Assembly: GCF_023055435.1 (NCBI RefSeq)
Contig: NW_025964001.1
Coordinates: 42,780,001 to 42,844,000 of the forward strand
Reading direction: 5' to 3'
DNA from: Haliotis rufescens
Lineage: Eukaryota
DNA: 64,000 bases
Position numbers and translations under genes: made by a program. The notes below the pieces were generated by a model. The model made no database searches and was not told the origin of the DNA. It was given only the letters and a program-made list of their open reading frames with translations. Numbering within the stretch: the first letter of the stretch is position 1; every line of letters starts with the position of its first letter. This document shows, one piece after another, positions 49,632 to 62,188 of this stretch.

Positions 49632-51083
49632 ATGATGGGGGAGGTGAAGTTACCAACATTTGAGCCGTCATACGACGCTCGGGACTTCGGACTCGACATA
49701 ACTGTTCCCGATGGTGGCCTTGTGTCGTCTGCTGCCAATCAGAAACAGTATAAGACTGAATGTGGAAGGATATACAAAGAATTCATTGTAACTATGGGCG
49801 ACTATTTCCAAGAGGAAGAGGTAATTAAACAGCAGCTAAAAAAGTTGCAGAGTCAGAAGACGACTGGAAGTCGTATTGGGCAAGATGCTGAGAAGGAGGA
49901 CCTCCTGGAAGACACACTGAGTGCCATCTTTACCCACCGGGGGTCGAGAAAAGGTGGTTTCGTGACCAGAAGTAACAGGCCTCAGACAGCAGGAATGTGC
50001 GCCAAAAGGCAACCAGTCATTGTACCCCACCCTCCCAACAGGCCGTCCACTGTTGCAGACTACCCCAAAGAAGTCAACATCAAGAGACGGTTATCCCACC
50101 CACGCCGACGTTCCTCCGTCCACCACTCGGTGGCGTCTGACCCTTACGACGGGGTCATGGACCAGAATACCCAGCATACACGAGAGCGGAAGCTTAGAAT
50201 GCATGCAATTGCATTCTCTAAACTTCTCGCTGGAGAGGTGAACATCAAACTGCAACACAAAGAGGGGAAGTTTGTGCTGAAGCATGCTGCGATGGGTAGC
50301 ACCCCTGTTGTTTCAGGAGCGAACAGAGAAGCCAGGCGGTCTATGGATTACAAAGAAAGACAAGCGCTCGTGAGACAGAAGACGAACTTCAAGTCCCCGA
50401 CACTTGCTTCTGATCTGAAGATCAATAACTTGGTTGCAATCCAAAAGTCGCTGCTGGGCCTTCCTTCCAAACGTATAACAGTTGGTGAAATCATGGGTAA
50501 AGCGGCAGACAGACGAGCGAGACTGTGCAAGGTAGAAGTGACGAGTGCACAGGATAGAAACGGTGGCATATATGGTGCCGCTGGAAGGTCTGCTCTGGAC
50601 GCGGATCTAGCAGACGACAAAGATGATGTACCTGAGCATGATGGCGTCAGGCTCGTCAAAGTGGAAGCAAGAAAGAGGCGGAATTCCTCTGCATGTACCA
50701 TGTCCCAGGATGGTCAAGACATGAGAAAGTATAAGGAATCGTTTTTAAGCACGATAAACAGGAACAGGAGTTATGACGCTACGCCGAGGAACATGTACAT
50801 TGACAAGAACCGACAGAGTTGTGACGCTACGCCGAGGAACATGTACATTGACACCAGTGCCAAAGACGATGATAACTTGGTATCTGACCAATCAGAGAAC
50901 GAGACCCCACGCGTCGTGACGGCACGTGACGCCGCGCAGCTGGTGAGGCTCTCTAAGGAGGAGGACAAAGAACGCGAACGCCAACTCTTGAGGTGGAGGC
51001 AGAGAATCACGTTTGCTGCCGTTAAAAGAAATGGTCTCGCGAGAGTCTTGTCAGGGACGGGCGCATGCGTAACGTTAGGCTGA
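49632..51083 (+). CDS. Uncharacterised 483-aa basic, largely disordered protein (single coding exon)
   Basis: 1452-nt non-repetitive ORF starting at GCCATGATGG, more GC-rich than its flanks; possible short 5' UTR intron (donor 49534, acceptor ~49611); AATAAA at ~51338. No family recognised. Confidence 0.75.
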   Translation: MMGEVKLPTFEPSYDARDFGLDITVPDGGLVSSAANQKQYKTECGRIYKEFIVTMGDYFQEEEVIKQQLKKLQSQKTTGSRIGQDAEKEDLLEDTLSAIFTHRGSRKGGFVTRSNRPQTAGMCAKRQPVIVPHPPNRPSTVADYPKEVNIKRRLSHPRRRSSVHHSVASDPYDGVMDQNTQHTRERKLRMHAIAFSKLLAGEVNIKLQHKEGKFVLKHAAMGSTPVVSGANREARRSMDYKERQALVRQKTNFKSPTLASDLKINNLVAIQKSLLGLPSKRITVGEIMGKAADRRARLCKVEVTSAQDRNGGIYGAAGRSALDADLADDKDDVPEHDGVRLVKVEARKRRNSSACTMSQDGQDMRKYKESFLSTINRNRSYDATPRNMYIDKNRQSCDATPRNMYIDTSAKDDDNLVSDQSENETPRVVTARDAAQLVRLSKEEDKERERQLLRWRQRITFAAVKRNGLARVLSGTGACVTLG

Positions 51084-51515
51084 CGGCATCATTGAAAGAG
51101 TGCGGTGTGCCAGTGTTGAAGGAATGGTTTCGTCCTGCAATTGGCTTGCACTGAAAGAACACTATACAAGGAGTAATTCAATCAAATAGTGACTACTGAT
51201 AAGTACATGCATATATGATACCAACCTGTGGTTTTAGATGTATCAGGGATGTGTCGTGTCAAGTATGACCCAGATATCGCCAATTTTGTTGCACAAAGTT
51301 TATTTTGTTGCTTCTTTAAAGATTTCACGTTTTATGTAATAAAACATAATGTTTCACGAGAAGGGAATTATCTGCGTCATTATATCTGTGATTAATGTGT
51401 ATGGCATATAAGGCATATCAATGACGGAACTATTGTTACGCGTAGCCTGTCGATGACATCGCCATAGTGTATGGAAAATAGTTTTCGGGTTATTTTGTCG
51501 GACTGCTATTATCTT

Positions 51516-51606
51516 CCATCCCCATCCCCATCCCCATCCCCATCTCCATCCCCGATCCCCTATCCCCGAACCCCCATTCCCGATCCCCTATCCCCGACTC
51601 CGATCC
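51516..51606. repeat. (CATCCC/CGATCCC)n simple repeat
   Basis: Direct observation. Confidence 0.8.
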
Positions 51607-51620
51607 AGTCCTATTTAATA

Positions 51621-51791
51621 GGGGGCGGTCGGGTAGCCTAGTGGTTAAAGCGTTCGCTCGTCACGCCGAAGACCCGGGTTCGATTCCCGACATGGGTACA
51701 ATGTGCGAAGCCCATTTCTGGTGTCCCCCGCCGTGATATTGCTGGAATATTGCTAAAAGCGGCGTAAAACCATACTCACTCACTCACTCAC
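51621..51791 (+). mobile_element. SINE family A, full length, young
   Basis: 12-bp TSD TCCTATTTAATA at 51609-51620 and 51792-51803; intact A and B boxes. Confidence 0.9.
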
Positions 51792-53469
51792 TCCTATTTA
51801 ATAAATTAGCATTCCCTTAAACATGACGGAAATCTCCCAGCAGTCGCCCCACTTAGTTTAATATGGTCACATAATCTTATCGCCACCATGGGCTGAGTTA
51901 ATCTCATCGACCACTTGTCTGATCTGCAATAGCCCTGGGATTTGTGCTGGTTGTGTGAGCGGTGGAAGGAGTTACACCTAGTTCGCTGGGAACTCATGTA
52001 CCCACTGACAGTGATCTTGAGTGTATTGAGAAATGTGAAGGAGGGAGAGGTGGGTTGAATGGATTTGCTCTTGGTGGATTGAATGCCAGATTCCTTATTT
52101 CTAAAACCTAGCAGGAATTTCCAGGTTTATTTTAATGTTACAAATAAATCTCCGACGTTGATTCCATTTTAGAAGATAATTGCAATCATTCTAATTTCAA
52201 CAAGAAAACAGCGTTATCACTAACCCCCGCCATGGAACACATGTTAATGGAACACATATGTTTATTCATATAGTAGAGAATATAAATTATAAAAAAAGAG
52301 TCCTATAAAGCCTAAAGAAGAGATAGGCACCAGGGTCACTTTATGAAAACAGAAAAAATATTAAATGTGAAATTAATACACACAAAACCACTTCTCTGGA
52401 CAAAATAATTTATGGCACCAATTCTCGAACTCGGTCTTGATAAGTATCTCTCAGATAAGCTTGCAAAGTTTCATACATGTAACTTGTCCCCATATTGCAG
52501 ACACTATGCACCAAGTTGAAAAGCACGGAGCAAGGGCCATAACTCTGTAAAAAATGAATTTAAAACGCCAATTTTCGAACTCATTTAAGATCATGACCAG
52601 TAATATCAGTGTGTAAAATTTCATTACTCTTCCTGAAATAGTTTTTGAGAGCATTTATCCCTTTTGAGAAGCGGGCGGACGGACGAATGCCGTTTCTATA
52701 TTCCCCGCTGCACTTCGTGGCGGGGAATATTAATCATAAAAAGAAGCTTCGGCCGAAACTTGATACCAGATCATACCTACCCTCGCGACCTATTCGCCTT
52801 GTTCTACTGACAAATACCATGTGGAGTCACCTATGGCGTCTTACACTTCAAACGACTGACAGACAGATGATCTATATTTCCCCTAAAGCTGTAGAGTAAA
52901 CATGATGATGTATATATTGAATACAGAACACACGAACATGGAATGGTAGTACAATGGGGTTTGTGGTTACCCAGGAGTTTCACGACGATCCTTAAAGTTC
53001 AGTGTGTTATAGTATTTGTCTCTACCGTGAACCTATTGTCGTAAGTAATGCTTATATATTCAAACTCAAAGTTTATGATAGAAACGCCATTAAATATTTT
53101 ATGGATCAAATGTAACATCAATTATGGGGATTTGGTATTCCGTCAAAATATCAAGCAGATATAATGAGTGAGTGAGTGAGTTGGAACGTCCATATAGAAT
53201 GTTGTATGATGGATAATATGCTAATATGTTTTAGATTTCAGTTACTAAATATAAAACGTCAACACCAGAGAACACACAGCCTCGGTTATCCGCCGAAACA
53301 GAATCCAAAGGGCGTAAAAGGCAAATATCGTTGCAAATTATATGAATGGATCACTGAAATTCAGTGATGACACGATATGTTCGCGAAAAGTGTCAGCATA
53401 TAAGAATTGCCTTGATAAATTACAACGCTTCTTCCTTAGTGAGTTGCAAATATTGTTTATTTTGATTCT

Positions 53470-53672
53470 TTATTGATGTTTAACGCCGCAATCCGCAATA
53501 CAATTCAGCTTGAATATGACGGCGGCCTTGACCAGATACACAAGTGATAACGTCCCATCCATCTTGGTACGATGACACGTTATCAACTAAGTCACCGAGC
53601 CTGACCACCCAATCAAGTTGCCGTATGCTACAAGGAAAGGGCGCTGGGGACATACTCTAACCCGGAGACCCC
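53470..53672 (-). mobile_element. SINE family C, diverged
   Basis: TTTAACGCCGCA...GAGCCTGACCACCC...CTAACCCGGA matches family C. Confidence 0.55.
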
Positions 53673-53709
53673 ATGCTGTGTTTGTGTTTATGCTGATAAA
53701 GGATATTGA

Positions 53710-54023
53710 GGTGAGGTGAGGTGAAATCCAAGATTACTGCACTTATATAGCGACGTGCATGTACGTGTGTGTATTTGTGTGGCTGCTTGTACTAGTCCGG
53801 ACTGATGCCGATGCTAGCACACTGAGATACCATGCCGCAGTTTAACATAAAAAACCCTCTCAGACACAGTATAATGACTCCGAGCCGACCAGTACTTGTT
53901 TTTGCCCCTTAATGCCGAGCGCCAGACAGGGTTACAACAAGTACCATCTTTTAACGTCTTTTGGTATGACGCGGACGGGGATCAAACCCCGGACCTTCCG
54001 CTACTGGACCACGGAGGCGGTCT
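53710..54023 (-). mobile_element. SINE family B
   Basis: 14-bp TSD ATAAAGGATATTGA at 53696-53709 and 54024-54037. Confidence 0.88.
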
Positions 54024-54416
54024 ATAAAGGATATTGAATGCAGTACACATTTTAATCAAAACTGTCTGACATGCTTTACCGAACTTCACCTACACCCTGA
54101 CAAGTATAAACGGTGAGCCCAAGTTTTATTGGTGAAATACACCTCAGGTTTACAGTAGGTGGATGCACAGTCATAACAGGTACGAAGACACGGGTGGCCC
54201 AATCGTCTAGAGGACCGACCATTTGAGATTCTGGGATTGTATCGAAAAAGAGAAATTGTCCCCGAAAATTCTTCAAAATATAATTATACTCCAGACTGTT
54301 AAAAAAAGTAATTGCCTGCCACAAAAATAGACATTGTTACAAGGAGGGTTTTTTCTTTTTAAAAAAATCAGGCTCGTAGTTTTAAAGTTTTTGCAGCTAA
54401 TTAAATATCTAACCTC

Positions 54417-54557
54417 NNNNNNNNNNNNNNNNNNNNNNNNNNNNNNNNNNNNNNNNNNNNNNNNNNNNNNNNNNNNNNNNNNNNNNNNNNNNNNNNNNNN
54501 NNNNNNNNNNNNNNNNNNNNNNNNNNNNNNNNNNNNNNNNNNNNNNNNNNNNNNNNN
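54417..54557. other. Assembly gap (141 N)
   Basis: Run of N. Confidence 1.
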
Positions 54558-55063
54558 GTGTTTGAATGTCATGTCTTGGGAATACACGTAATCCCTAAAT
54601 TTTCAGGTATTATACACATTCCCTGATCGAACAAACATTTGTTGTAGACATACATTTATTCCCTGAAACTAGTTTTAGGATTCTCTATTTTTAAACACGA
54701 CAAACGAAATAGTTCATGTGTTGTTTCATGTGAATGCAGTTTTATTTGACATACGATAACAAACATAACTGGCACACATCAGTAACGACTGACTGATTAT
54801 GCAACTCTTGCAGTAAGACACAGGGATCCGATCCACAAAGCAATCTTAGCGCTAAGACTGTCGCAACTCTATGTTTAAGTAGGGGAGTATGATCGTCTAA
54901 GCGCTAAGGTCATTTTGTGGAGCGGAGCCCAGGTGCTTTCATTTAAAATAAACAGATAACCTCGCACTATAATAACCTAATTAAGACGTTGACCCTTTTG
55001 GTTTTTGTTACCACATGTCAGACTTGAGTTGTTTCTAGAGTAACACTACAGCTCAGCCTTGAA

Positions 55064-55146
55064 GGAGCGGTGGGGTAGCCTAGTGGTTAAAGCGTTCGCC
55101 AAAGACCCGGGTTCGATTCCCCACATGGGTACAATGGGTACTCACT
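55064..55146 (+). mobile_element. SINE family A, internally deleted
   Basis: GGGTAGCCTAGTGGTTAAAGCGTTCGC...GGGTTCGATTCCCCACATGGGTACAATG. Confidence 0.75.
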
Positions 55147-55361
55147 TAGCCTTTAAACATGTTCACCTGTGGTCTGAAATTTCTAATTTAATATTGTTGC
55201 ACTGAAAACTAGGCTTCAAACACAAGCATGTGTTGTTTTTACTATATTTTCTTAATAAACTATCTTAGCATTTTTATATTGATACATATACTATAATGAA
55301 TAATTATTGCTATATTTGTTGCTATATCTAATCTTTTCACAGTTTCATCTAACAGTGAGAA

Positions 55362-55519
55362 AGTGAGTATGGTTTTACACCATTTTTAGCAATATTCCAG
55401 CAATATCACGGCGGGGGACACAAGAAATTGGCTTCACACATGTACCCATGTCATGACTCGAACCCGGGTCTTCGGCGTGACGAGCGAACGCTTTAACCAC
55501 TAGGCTACCCGAGCGCCCC
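55362..55519 (-). mobile_element. SINE family A
   Basis: Reverse complement of 51621-51791. Confidence 0.85.
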
Positions 55520-56098
55520 TTCATCAAACAGCAAGTGGTTACATTTCTATCTTTGATATAACTAATGGCATAAACAAATTGTAAAATTAAATAATTTCAG
55601 GGAATATGTAAAAAGAATGTATTGGATCAGGGAATGTGTATAATACCTGACAAAGCTGGGGATTATGTATATTTTCCGAGTAAATCTGACATTACGAAAA
55701 CATGTATTCCCTGAACGTTCTACGATAATACTTATTCCCGGCAACATATACACACGAGGACACCTCACCCCAGGGTCGCCTCGCGTCTCACGGGTATATG
55801 GTTAGTGCAGGGTCCCCGGGTCAACGAGATCTAATGTGACGTGTAAACAAACTTGTATCGATTCCATCGATTTATGCTTTCCTAAATCGCAATGGGTTTA
55901 ATGGAGTTAAACATTTCTCTGATCAGTAGAACCACTACTATACAGCACACGGCAACGGTCTGTGCTTGTGTTGCTGCCGCCCCTCTGTGCGCCAGCCCTG
56001 GTACAGCCCTGCCCCACACAACAGATGAGTGTACTTTCTGTGCACCAACCTTGTATTTTCAGGCTGTGTTTATGAGAATAGAGCTCTATGGGGCGTAC

Positions 56099-56262
56099 GG
56101 CGCGGTGGGGTGGCCTAGTGGTTAAAGCATTCGCTCATCACGCCGTAGAGCCGGGTTCGATTCCCCACATGTGTACAATGTGTGAAGACCACTTCTGGTG
56201 TCCCCCGCCCTGATATTGCTGGAATTTTACTAAAAGCGGCGTAAAATAATACTCACTCACTC
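56099..56262 (+). mobile_element. SINE family A
   Basis: A and B boxes, body and (ACTC)n tail. Confidence 0.85.
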
Positions 56263-58150
56263 TTTAACCTGACACACATATTAGTGAAACATCGTGATGA
56301 AGCGAGTAGGGTGAATCTGTCTAATCCAGACTGCAATCTAAACCGAACTTAAATGTCCGTTGCACCCAAGTTCATTTTAGACAGGTGCCACTGTGTTTCA
56401 ATTAACTGCAAATATACTACTCAAAAAAGTAAATGTCCACCCGATTCTTTCATATTACTAGAATTAATCTATCACAACATGACATGAGGAATATATGTAA
56501 GGTTAATTGTCGGATAAATGTACATTATTTACCGCTTTCTAAGTAGCATGTAAACATAAAACACACACAATATTGTTTGACTTCTACATTCACAGTATGG
56601 CGTCAGGATCATTGATTTTCGGCTGAAGCTTCAGATAGATCACGACCTAAACACTAGTTCTACGATCTGTCAACATTTTTTTTATAAAACCTTAGTTACG
56701 ATGTTGCAAAAAACATTCATTATCGTGACCAGACCGGAGATTGTGTTGGTCTCCAAGGTAAGTGTTTAGTACGAAGGAGCTGCAATAGACGAGGTAACTC
56801 TAGCCGCAGTTTTTTGTATCCTTAATCTGCACCGGCCGTGCGGTAGCAGCACAAGACATTGTATTGTGTCATGGAAGAAGTAAAGGTGGTCACATAACGA
56901 CACCCTTGATCACAGCATGGCGTGCAAGCAATCATAAAGACCTCATCACTTTCAATGACCCTCGCCAAACACTGTACACGGTCCAAGTACATTCACAACT
57001 CTCTCAACTGTGGCTGTAAATCAGTGCGCCTGAAATCACTGAGAGATTATTGTGAGATATGCTCATGAGTCTCGCGGGATAGATAATACACGAAATGTAA
57101 ACACTGCTATTGCCCTGACCACTTAACTCTTGTCCTCAGCTGGAGTCACGGCTCCTATCTCAGCCTGTACACGCTCGGCTGGTGTAGGTACCTGTTCACT
57201 GTGGTTGAGTGGGACAAGATGGCACTCGTGTGAAGCCAGGAGTAGACGTACGACAGGAGTGTGATCATTTTGGTAAAGCAAACGGTTACACCACAATCAC
57301 CGTCTACAAGATGTGGCACAACTTGGTAGAGGCAAATCGTTTTAATTGTGAGTGAATGTTTCGATGGGTAAAAGTTGACCGTTACACAATCGGATATATG
57401 GATTACTGAGCACCATCTCGTACAAAGGCAACTTGGACTCAGATCACAGAAATCACAATCATACAAAACGAGGAACAGAGCAGACATCATGGTGAAACAA
57501 TATGACAACCAGGCCTTGTGGGATATAGTGCATGGAACGCGTGATTTTGTGGACAAATATGACACAATATTGTTGGCGAAGGAAGTCACTGCATTGCCGA
57601 ATCTATTCAGCTTATCACATTACAGTCTGGCCTATTGACAACGTTATTCACTCAAGGACATTCCATTAAGCAATTTTGGATCGGCAATCCAACAGCATGT
57701 TCAAGTGTCCTGTGTCTGTGTACATAATCTTCAAGTCAAGCTCGAGTGCTGATATAAGTTGACCATTTGGATTGCAATCCGGACATTATTTCGATGTTCC
57801 ACCAAGTCCAAAAGCGGCATATAGGCCTGTTCAATTATTTACTTATGCTTATCAACGATTCCCGAGTACCTCTTCGGATCTTGTGTTGTAATTGCACGAG
57901 ATGAAAGGTAAACCTCTCTGTAGTATAATAGTGGTTGATGTGGGCCAGCGAACACCGATGTGCGCTGTTTGTTGGTCACGCCACATTGTGAAAGGATATG
58001 TGAACACGGAGTAACTACATTCTTCCCTATCAGATGAACACATACCAACAACAAAGGAGTTTACAAAGACAAGACTGATAGTGTGTCGAAACATTAGGGA
58101 TTATATTAGTTGGTATTGTGTGTGGTATTGATTTTGAGGTCGCCCTAACG

Positions 58151-59479
58151 ATGGATACGATAGCTGGTGGAAATGCTATACCTACTGATGGCCGACTTGG
58201 AGCATACTTGGACATACCCCAGTTCTCAGAAGTAGATACTGAGGCGAAACTAAGAAATATAATCAGGCATAGATTAGGTACATATATTAATCTGGATCAA
58301 AGTTTCTCAAACTTGACTGGAGGCTCAAGCGGTAACCTATCGCAGTGTGATATTTCTGTCCAGGAACACCAGCATGAACTGTCAACGCAGAGGCGTTTTG
58401 ATGGTGAAATGACTTCATCAGATTCAGCAAGAAACATGGCGGGCAAGGAACGTGGGAGAGGGAGACGACCATCTCTGAAGGAATCGGAAATGTACACCTG
58501 CCCCAGGAGGGCGTCAAGCAACAACTGGGTCACACCCTTTAAGTTCAGTAAAGAAGAACTCAGCGCCTTCCTCCCGCGACGGAGTTTCTTCAGCTGCCAC
58601 GACAAGGCCCTGAAGGATGCTGGGTATGATACAGACCCTTCTACCAAGAAACAAGAAGTCAAAGAAGTCAGACAACAGAATAAGAGAGAGTTGAAGGACG
58701 TTAGAAGAGACAGTGTTGTCTCTGAAAGGAAAGCGTCGGTCATTTCGAAGTGCGAAGAGATGGAAAAGTTATTGCCTGAAATTGTCATATCTCGAAGTGA
58801 AGATGGTCAGGATAGAGAGGTTCGTGATGGATCAAGGCCTAATTCCCCTGCTACGAACGACGGTAAGGCAAAACATGTTTCATCGAAAACTAAACTGGCT
58901 AGGAAGAAGATGGAGGACGATTTCAATAAGAATGCACATAAGGCTGTGACGGAGTATTTAAGACACGTGAAAGAAAATCCAGCTGAATACATTGACCAAA
59001 TCAAGCGCCTTGAAGCTAACTCCATCGAAACGAAGCCAGTCGAGAAGCTGATTAAGACCGCCATGATCTACCAAAGAGGGCAGCATGGCCAGGCACGTTC
59101 CTCGCTCGTGGTGCGGGCATCACATGACCTGACGCTGAGATACACCGATCCGGGCCAATGGCAGAATGCAAACAAAGAAAGGAATCAGACATTTGCCATC
59201 GGGAAGAAAGAGTCCTCTTTGGCGAAACCTGGCCAGGATGGCGACAAGGAAAGTAAACCGGAAATAGATGAAGGCAAGACGGAACTGGATAAATGTCGCT
59301 ACAAGGCAGAGAAGTGGATGAAGACGGTGCCGATGGTTCAGCAGTTGCGTGCCCGCCAGATGGCGCTGGAGGAGGTAGGAGAGGAGGATGGTGAGGTATC
59401 CCAGTGGTGGGACTCCCTCAGAACCTGCAACTATCTCAGAAGGTTTGTTATAACAGACGCAGCAGGCCACAGCAAATGA
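58151..59479 (+). CDS. Uncharacterised ~442-aa protein (single long coding exon) with a C-terminal WWDSLRTCNYLR motif
   Basis: Non-repetitive 1329-nt ORF from ACGATGG; charged and disordered with a helical C-terminal block. No family recognised. Confidence 0.75.
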   Translation: MDTIAGGNAIPTDGRLGAYLDIPQFSEVDTEAKLRNIIRHRLGTYINLDQSFSNLTGGSSGNLSQCDISVQEHQHELSTQRRFDGEMTSSDSARNMAGKERGRGRRPSLKESEMYTCPRRASSNNWVTPFKFSKEELSAFLPRRSFFSCHDKALKDAGYDTDPSTKKQEVKEVRQQNKRELKDVRRDSVVSERKASVISKCEEMEKLLPEIVISRSEDGQDREVRDGSRPNSPATNDGKAKHVSSKTKLARKKMEDDFNKNAHKAVTEYLRHVKENPAEYIDQIKRLEANSIETKPVEKLIKTAMIYQRGQHGQARSSLVVRASHDLTLRYTDPGQWQNANKERNQTFAIGKKESSLAKPGQDGDKESKPEIDEGKTELDKCRYKAEKWMKTVPMVQQLRARQMALEEVGEEDGEVSQWWDSLRTCNYLRRFVITDAAGHSK

Positions 59480-60203
59480 CACCAACTGAACACTGCCGAG
59501 TACCGCGTCTCCAGTATACATTCTATACTATAGTATAGCCATTCTCAGTAATTATCAGGATATGTTAATGCTCGTATATGTTAGTGTAAGGAGTGTAAAT
59601 AAGGAGAAAACATTAACATTTCAGCAGCCATATGAGGATTCGAACCAGGTTTATGTACTGGGGAACACATTAACCAATGGCCTACCCTACAATGGAAAAT
59701 TGTGTCATACAGACGTAGGCTTCTGTGGATGTGAACCACCTGTTACGATTCCACATTACAGGACTGGACGTATGTCAGATACGCTGTGGTGAGACGGAAG
59801 ACTGTGTGGTATGTTCGGTGTATACTAAGCGCTGTCTTGGCAATAGTCCTGGGCATGTGAACGTCAGAGCAGACGACTGTATCTCCTCCATCTGGCATGA
59901 TCTGTCCCATGGACTTAGGTATCAACAAGGGAATAATGTAACGCCTTGCAACCATACCCATACTTTATGTATGTCTATACTGTATCTTGGTCTAAAGCAA
60001 ATTGGTGTTGTGATTTTTGTTGTGAATTGACAACGGTCTGACTGAAGGAAAAGTGTTTTATACTGGTAGCATGTGTCTCTCAAAACTACAGATTTGATTA
60101 ATCCTTCATTTCACGAGTTATACCGGTGTGGCATTTATTGTGAGGCTTCACTGTTGGATTATACCTTCTCGGGTTTAGGACAATGCAAAGCAAATCTTTG
60201 AAA

Positions 60204-60893
60204 TACACTCCCGGGCAAAGGAAAGTATACACCAATGTTTGATTGGCTAAAATGAAATAAACTAGAAATGGTATTAGCTTGAGATGTATTTGATACGGGT
60301 ATCACTGTGGACCTTAAGTTTACAGTGTTTCGGCGACTGTTTTCAGCCTAATAATTTGGGCTGGGACGGGTAACTCGGGTACCCGGGTCGGGTGGGTACT
60401 GAGTAGGACCCGGCTACCCACATGGCTACCTACATGGCTACCCGGACTCGTGATATATTGTTTAATGACAAATATTATCTAGAACTCCATTAGTCACGTG
60501 ATATATTGTTTAATGACAAAAAAAATATCTAGAACTCTATGTTAACACTACAAGTCACTAATGTTCGCATTTCTTTCTGACTGTGCACCTATTCCTTCCG
60601 ATTGTTCATATGGTTGAATAAAGATATAACGTAATTCAACTGCAGTGTATGAATGACCAGATTGTTTAATACATGTATCTAAAAACGTTTTGCCAGGGAT
60701 ATGCTAAAAATGTTCCCTATCGGACATATTGAGACATCTCCTAAGACCTACAGTGGGTACCCGGGTAGGGTCGGGTAATAGGGAGGTGGGTATCCGGGTA
60801 GTAAATTTAGACTCGTCACAGCCCTACTAATAATGTGTTTTTTTGTTCGAATACAATTATCAAATGTATACTTCCTGTTGCCCGGCAGTTTAT
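60204..60893. mobile_element. Tc1/mariner-type MITE (same family as 8213-8421) interrupted by a hAT-type MITE
   Basis: TACACTCCCGGGCAAAGGAAAGTATACA at the left end and TGTATACTTCCTGTTGCCCGGCAGTTTA at the right end. Confidence 0.6.
60356..60826. mobile_element. hAT-type MITE
   Basis: Ends TTGGGCTGGGACGGGT / ACTCGTCACAGCCCTA; perfect 8-bp TSD CTAATAAT at 60348-60355 and 60827-60834; GGGTACCCGGGT subterminal motifs. Confidence 0.8.
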
Positions 60894-61194
60894 AAGTAAT
60901 AACCATGTTTTAATGCACGGGCATGGAATGCTCATTAACGCCTCACATCAGAAAACACAGAAAGTTTTAACGAGGATCTAACAGCATAAGATACCTCGAG
61001 AATGATGATTGTCTCATCAGTATGCCTGTACTAAAATAGTTTATACGACATTAATTACAGAGTAAATCATTTTCATATCTCGTTTACCACTCGTGTTTCA
61101 GAGAAATTTATGTATTACAGCTCTTGTTTGTCATTAAAAAGGCTGTGTTTTGTCTCAATATTGCGAAACGCGTCGTAAAATGTCTCTTTAGGAG

Positions 61195-61512
61195 GTGAGA
61201 TGAGGTGAAATGGGGTTTAACGTCGCGTCCAAGATTATTGCACTTATATGGTGACTTGCATGTACGTGTGTGTGTTTGTGTGGTTGCTTGTACTAGTCCG
61301 GACTGATGCCGATTTATAGTGCTACCTCACTGAGATACCATGCCGCAGTTTAACGTGAATACCCCACTCAGACACAGTCCTTGTTTTAGTCCCTTAATGC
61401 CGAGGGTAACAACAAGTACCATCTTTAAACGTCTTTTGGTATGACGCGGCCGGGGATCGAACCCTGGACCCTCTCCGGGCGGACGCTATACCACTAGACC
61501 ACGGAGGCGATC
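61195..61512 (-). mobile_element. SINE family B
   Basis: 13-bp TSD GTCTCTTTAGGAG at 61182-61194 and 61513-61525. Confidence 0.88.
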
Positions 61513-62092
61513 GTCTCTTTAGGAGAAACGCATTTGGTTTTCAATATAAAGCCAGGTTACTTGTACATTAAACAGCGCTAAATTAAATTTGGAACCGAAA
61601 GCGCACCGTGAGTTTCAAATTTTAAATTTAGGGCGAACTTAAACGACATGTCTAGTCAAGATATTGAACGAAGCGGCCCGGGGCGAATTACTGTATCACT
61701 GTTGACATCATGTCGAGTTTTCCCCATAGCTGCTTTCTGCTTCTGCTCTAAGTTATTTATTAATTATAGACAATAAATAAATTATGACATCCATATGTGT
61801 ATTACTGTTCGTGAAATACAACACTCTTCACACTCTTTTTGTATAATTAGTACAACACACTCTTGTAATAATTCTATGTGTACTATACGTTAAAGTGGGG
61901 TCTATTACCCAGCCACCGTCTACCTTCAGAAACACGTGTTGTTGCATTTCAACGTTACAGCTGGTTTCTATGTTCACACTGTCTTGTGCAAATATACTGA
62001 CGATAACCAACAAAGGCGTCACAGGATCGCTGAGTTGAGTATTTTACTTCTACAAATAATCATTTGCCGTCATTATCACGCGTCATTATCGT

Positions 62093-62153
62093 GAGGTGAG
62101 GTGAAATGGCATCCAAGATTATTGCACTTATAGAGTTCATTCATGTGTGTGTG

Positions 62154-62188
<35 letters not shown>

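Noticed and set aside
51621-51695. tRNA genes at SINE heads (also 28484, 55064, 56099, 26081)
   Set aside because: A/B boxes continue into a shared SINE body, a simple-repeat tail and TSDs; they are not stand-alone cloverleaf genes.
57155-57638. Overlapping 144-aa and 87-aa ORFs upstream of the 58151 gene
   Set aside because: No recognisable domain; more likely UTR or intron sequence.
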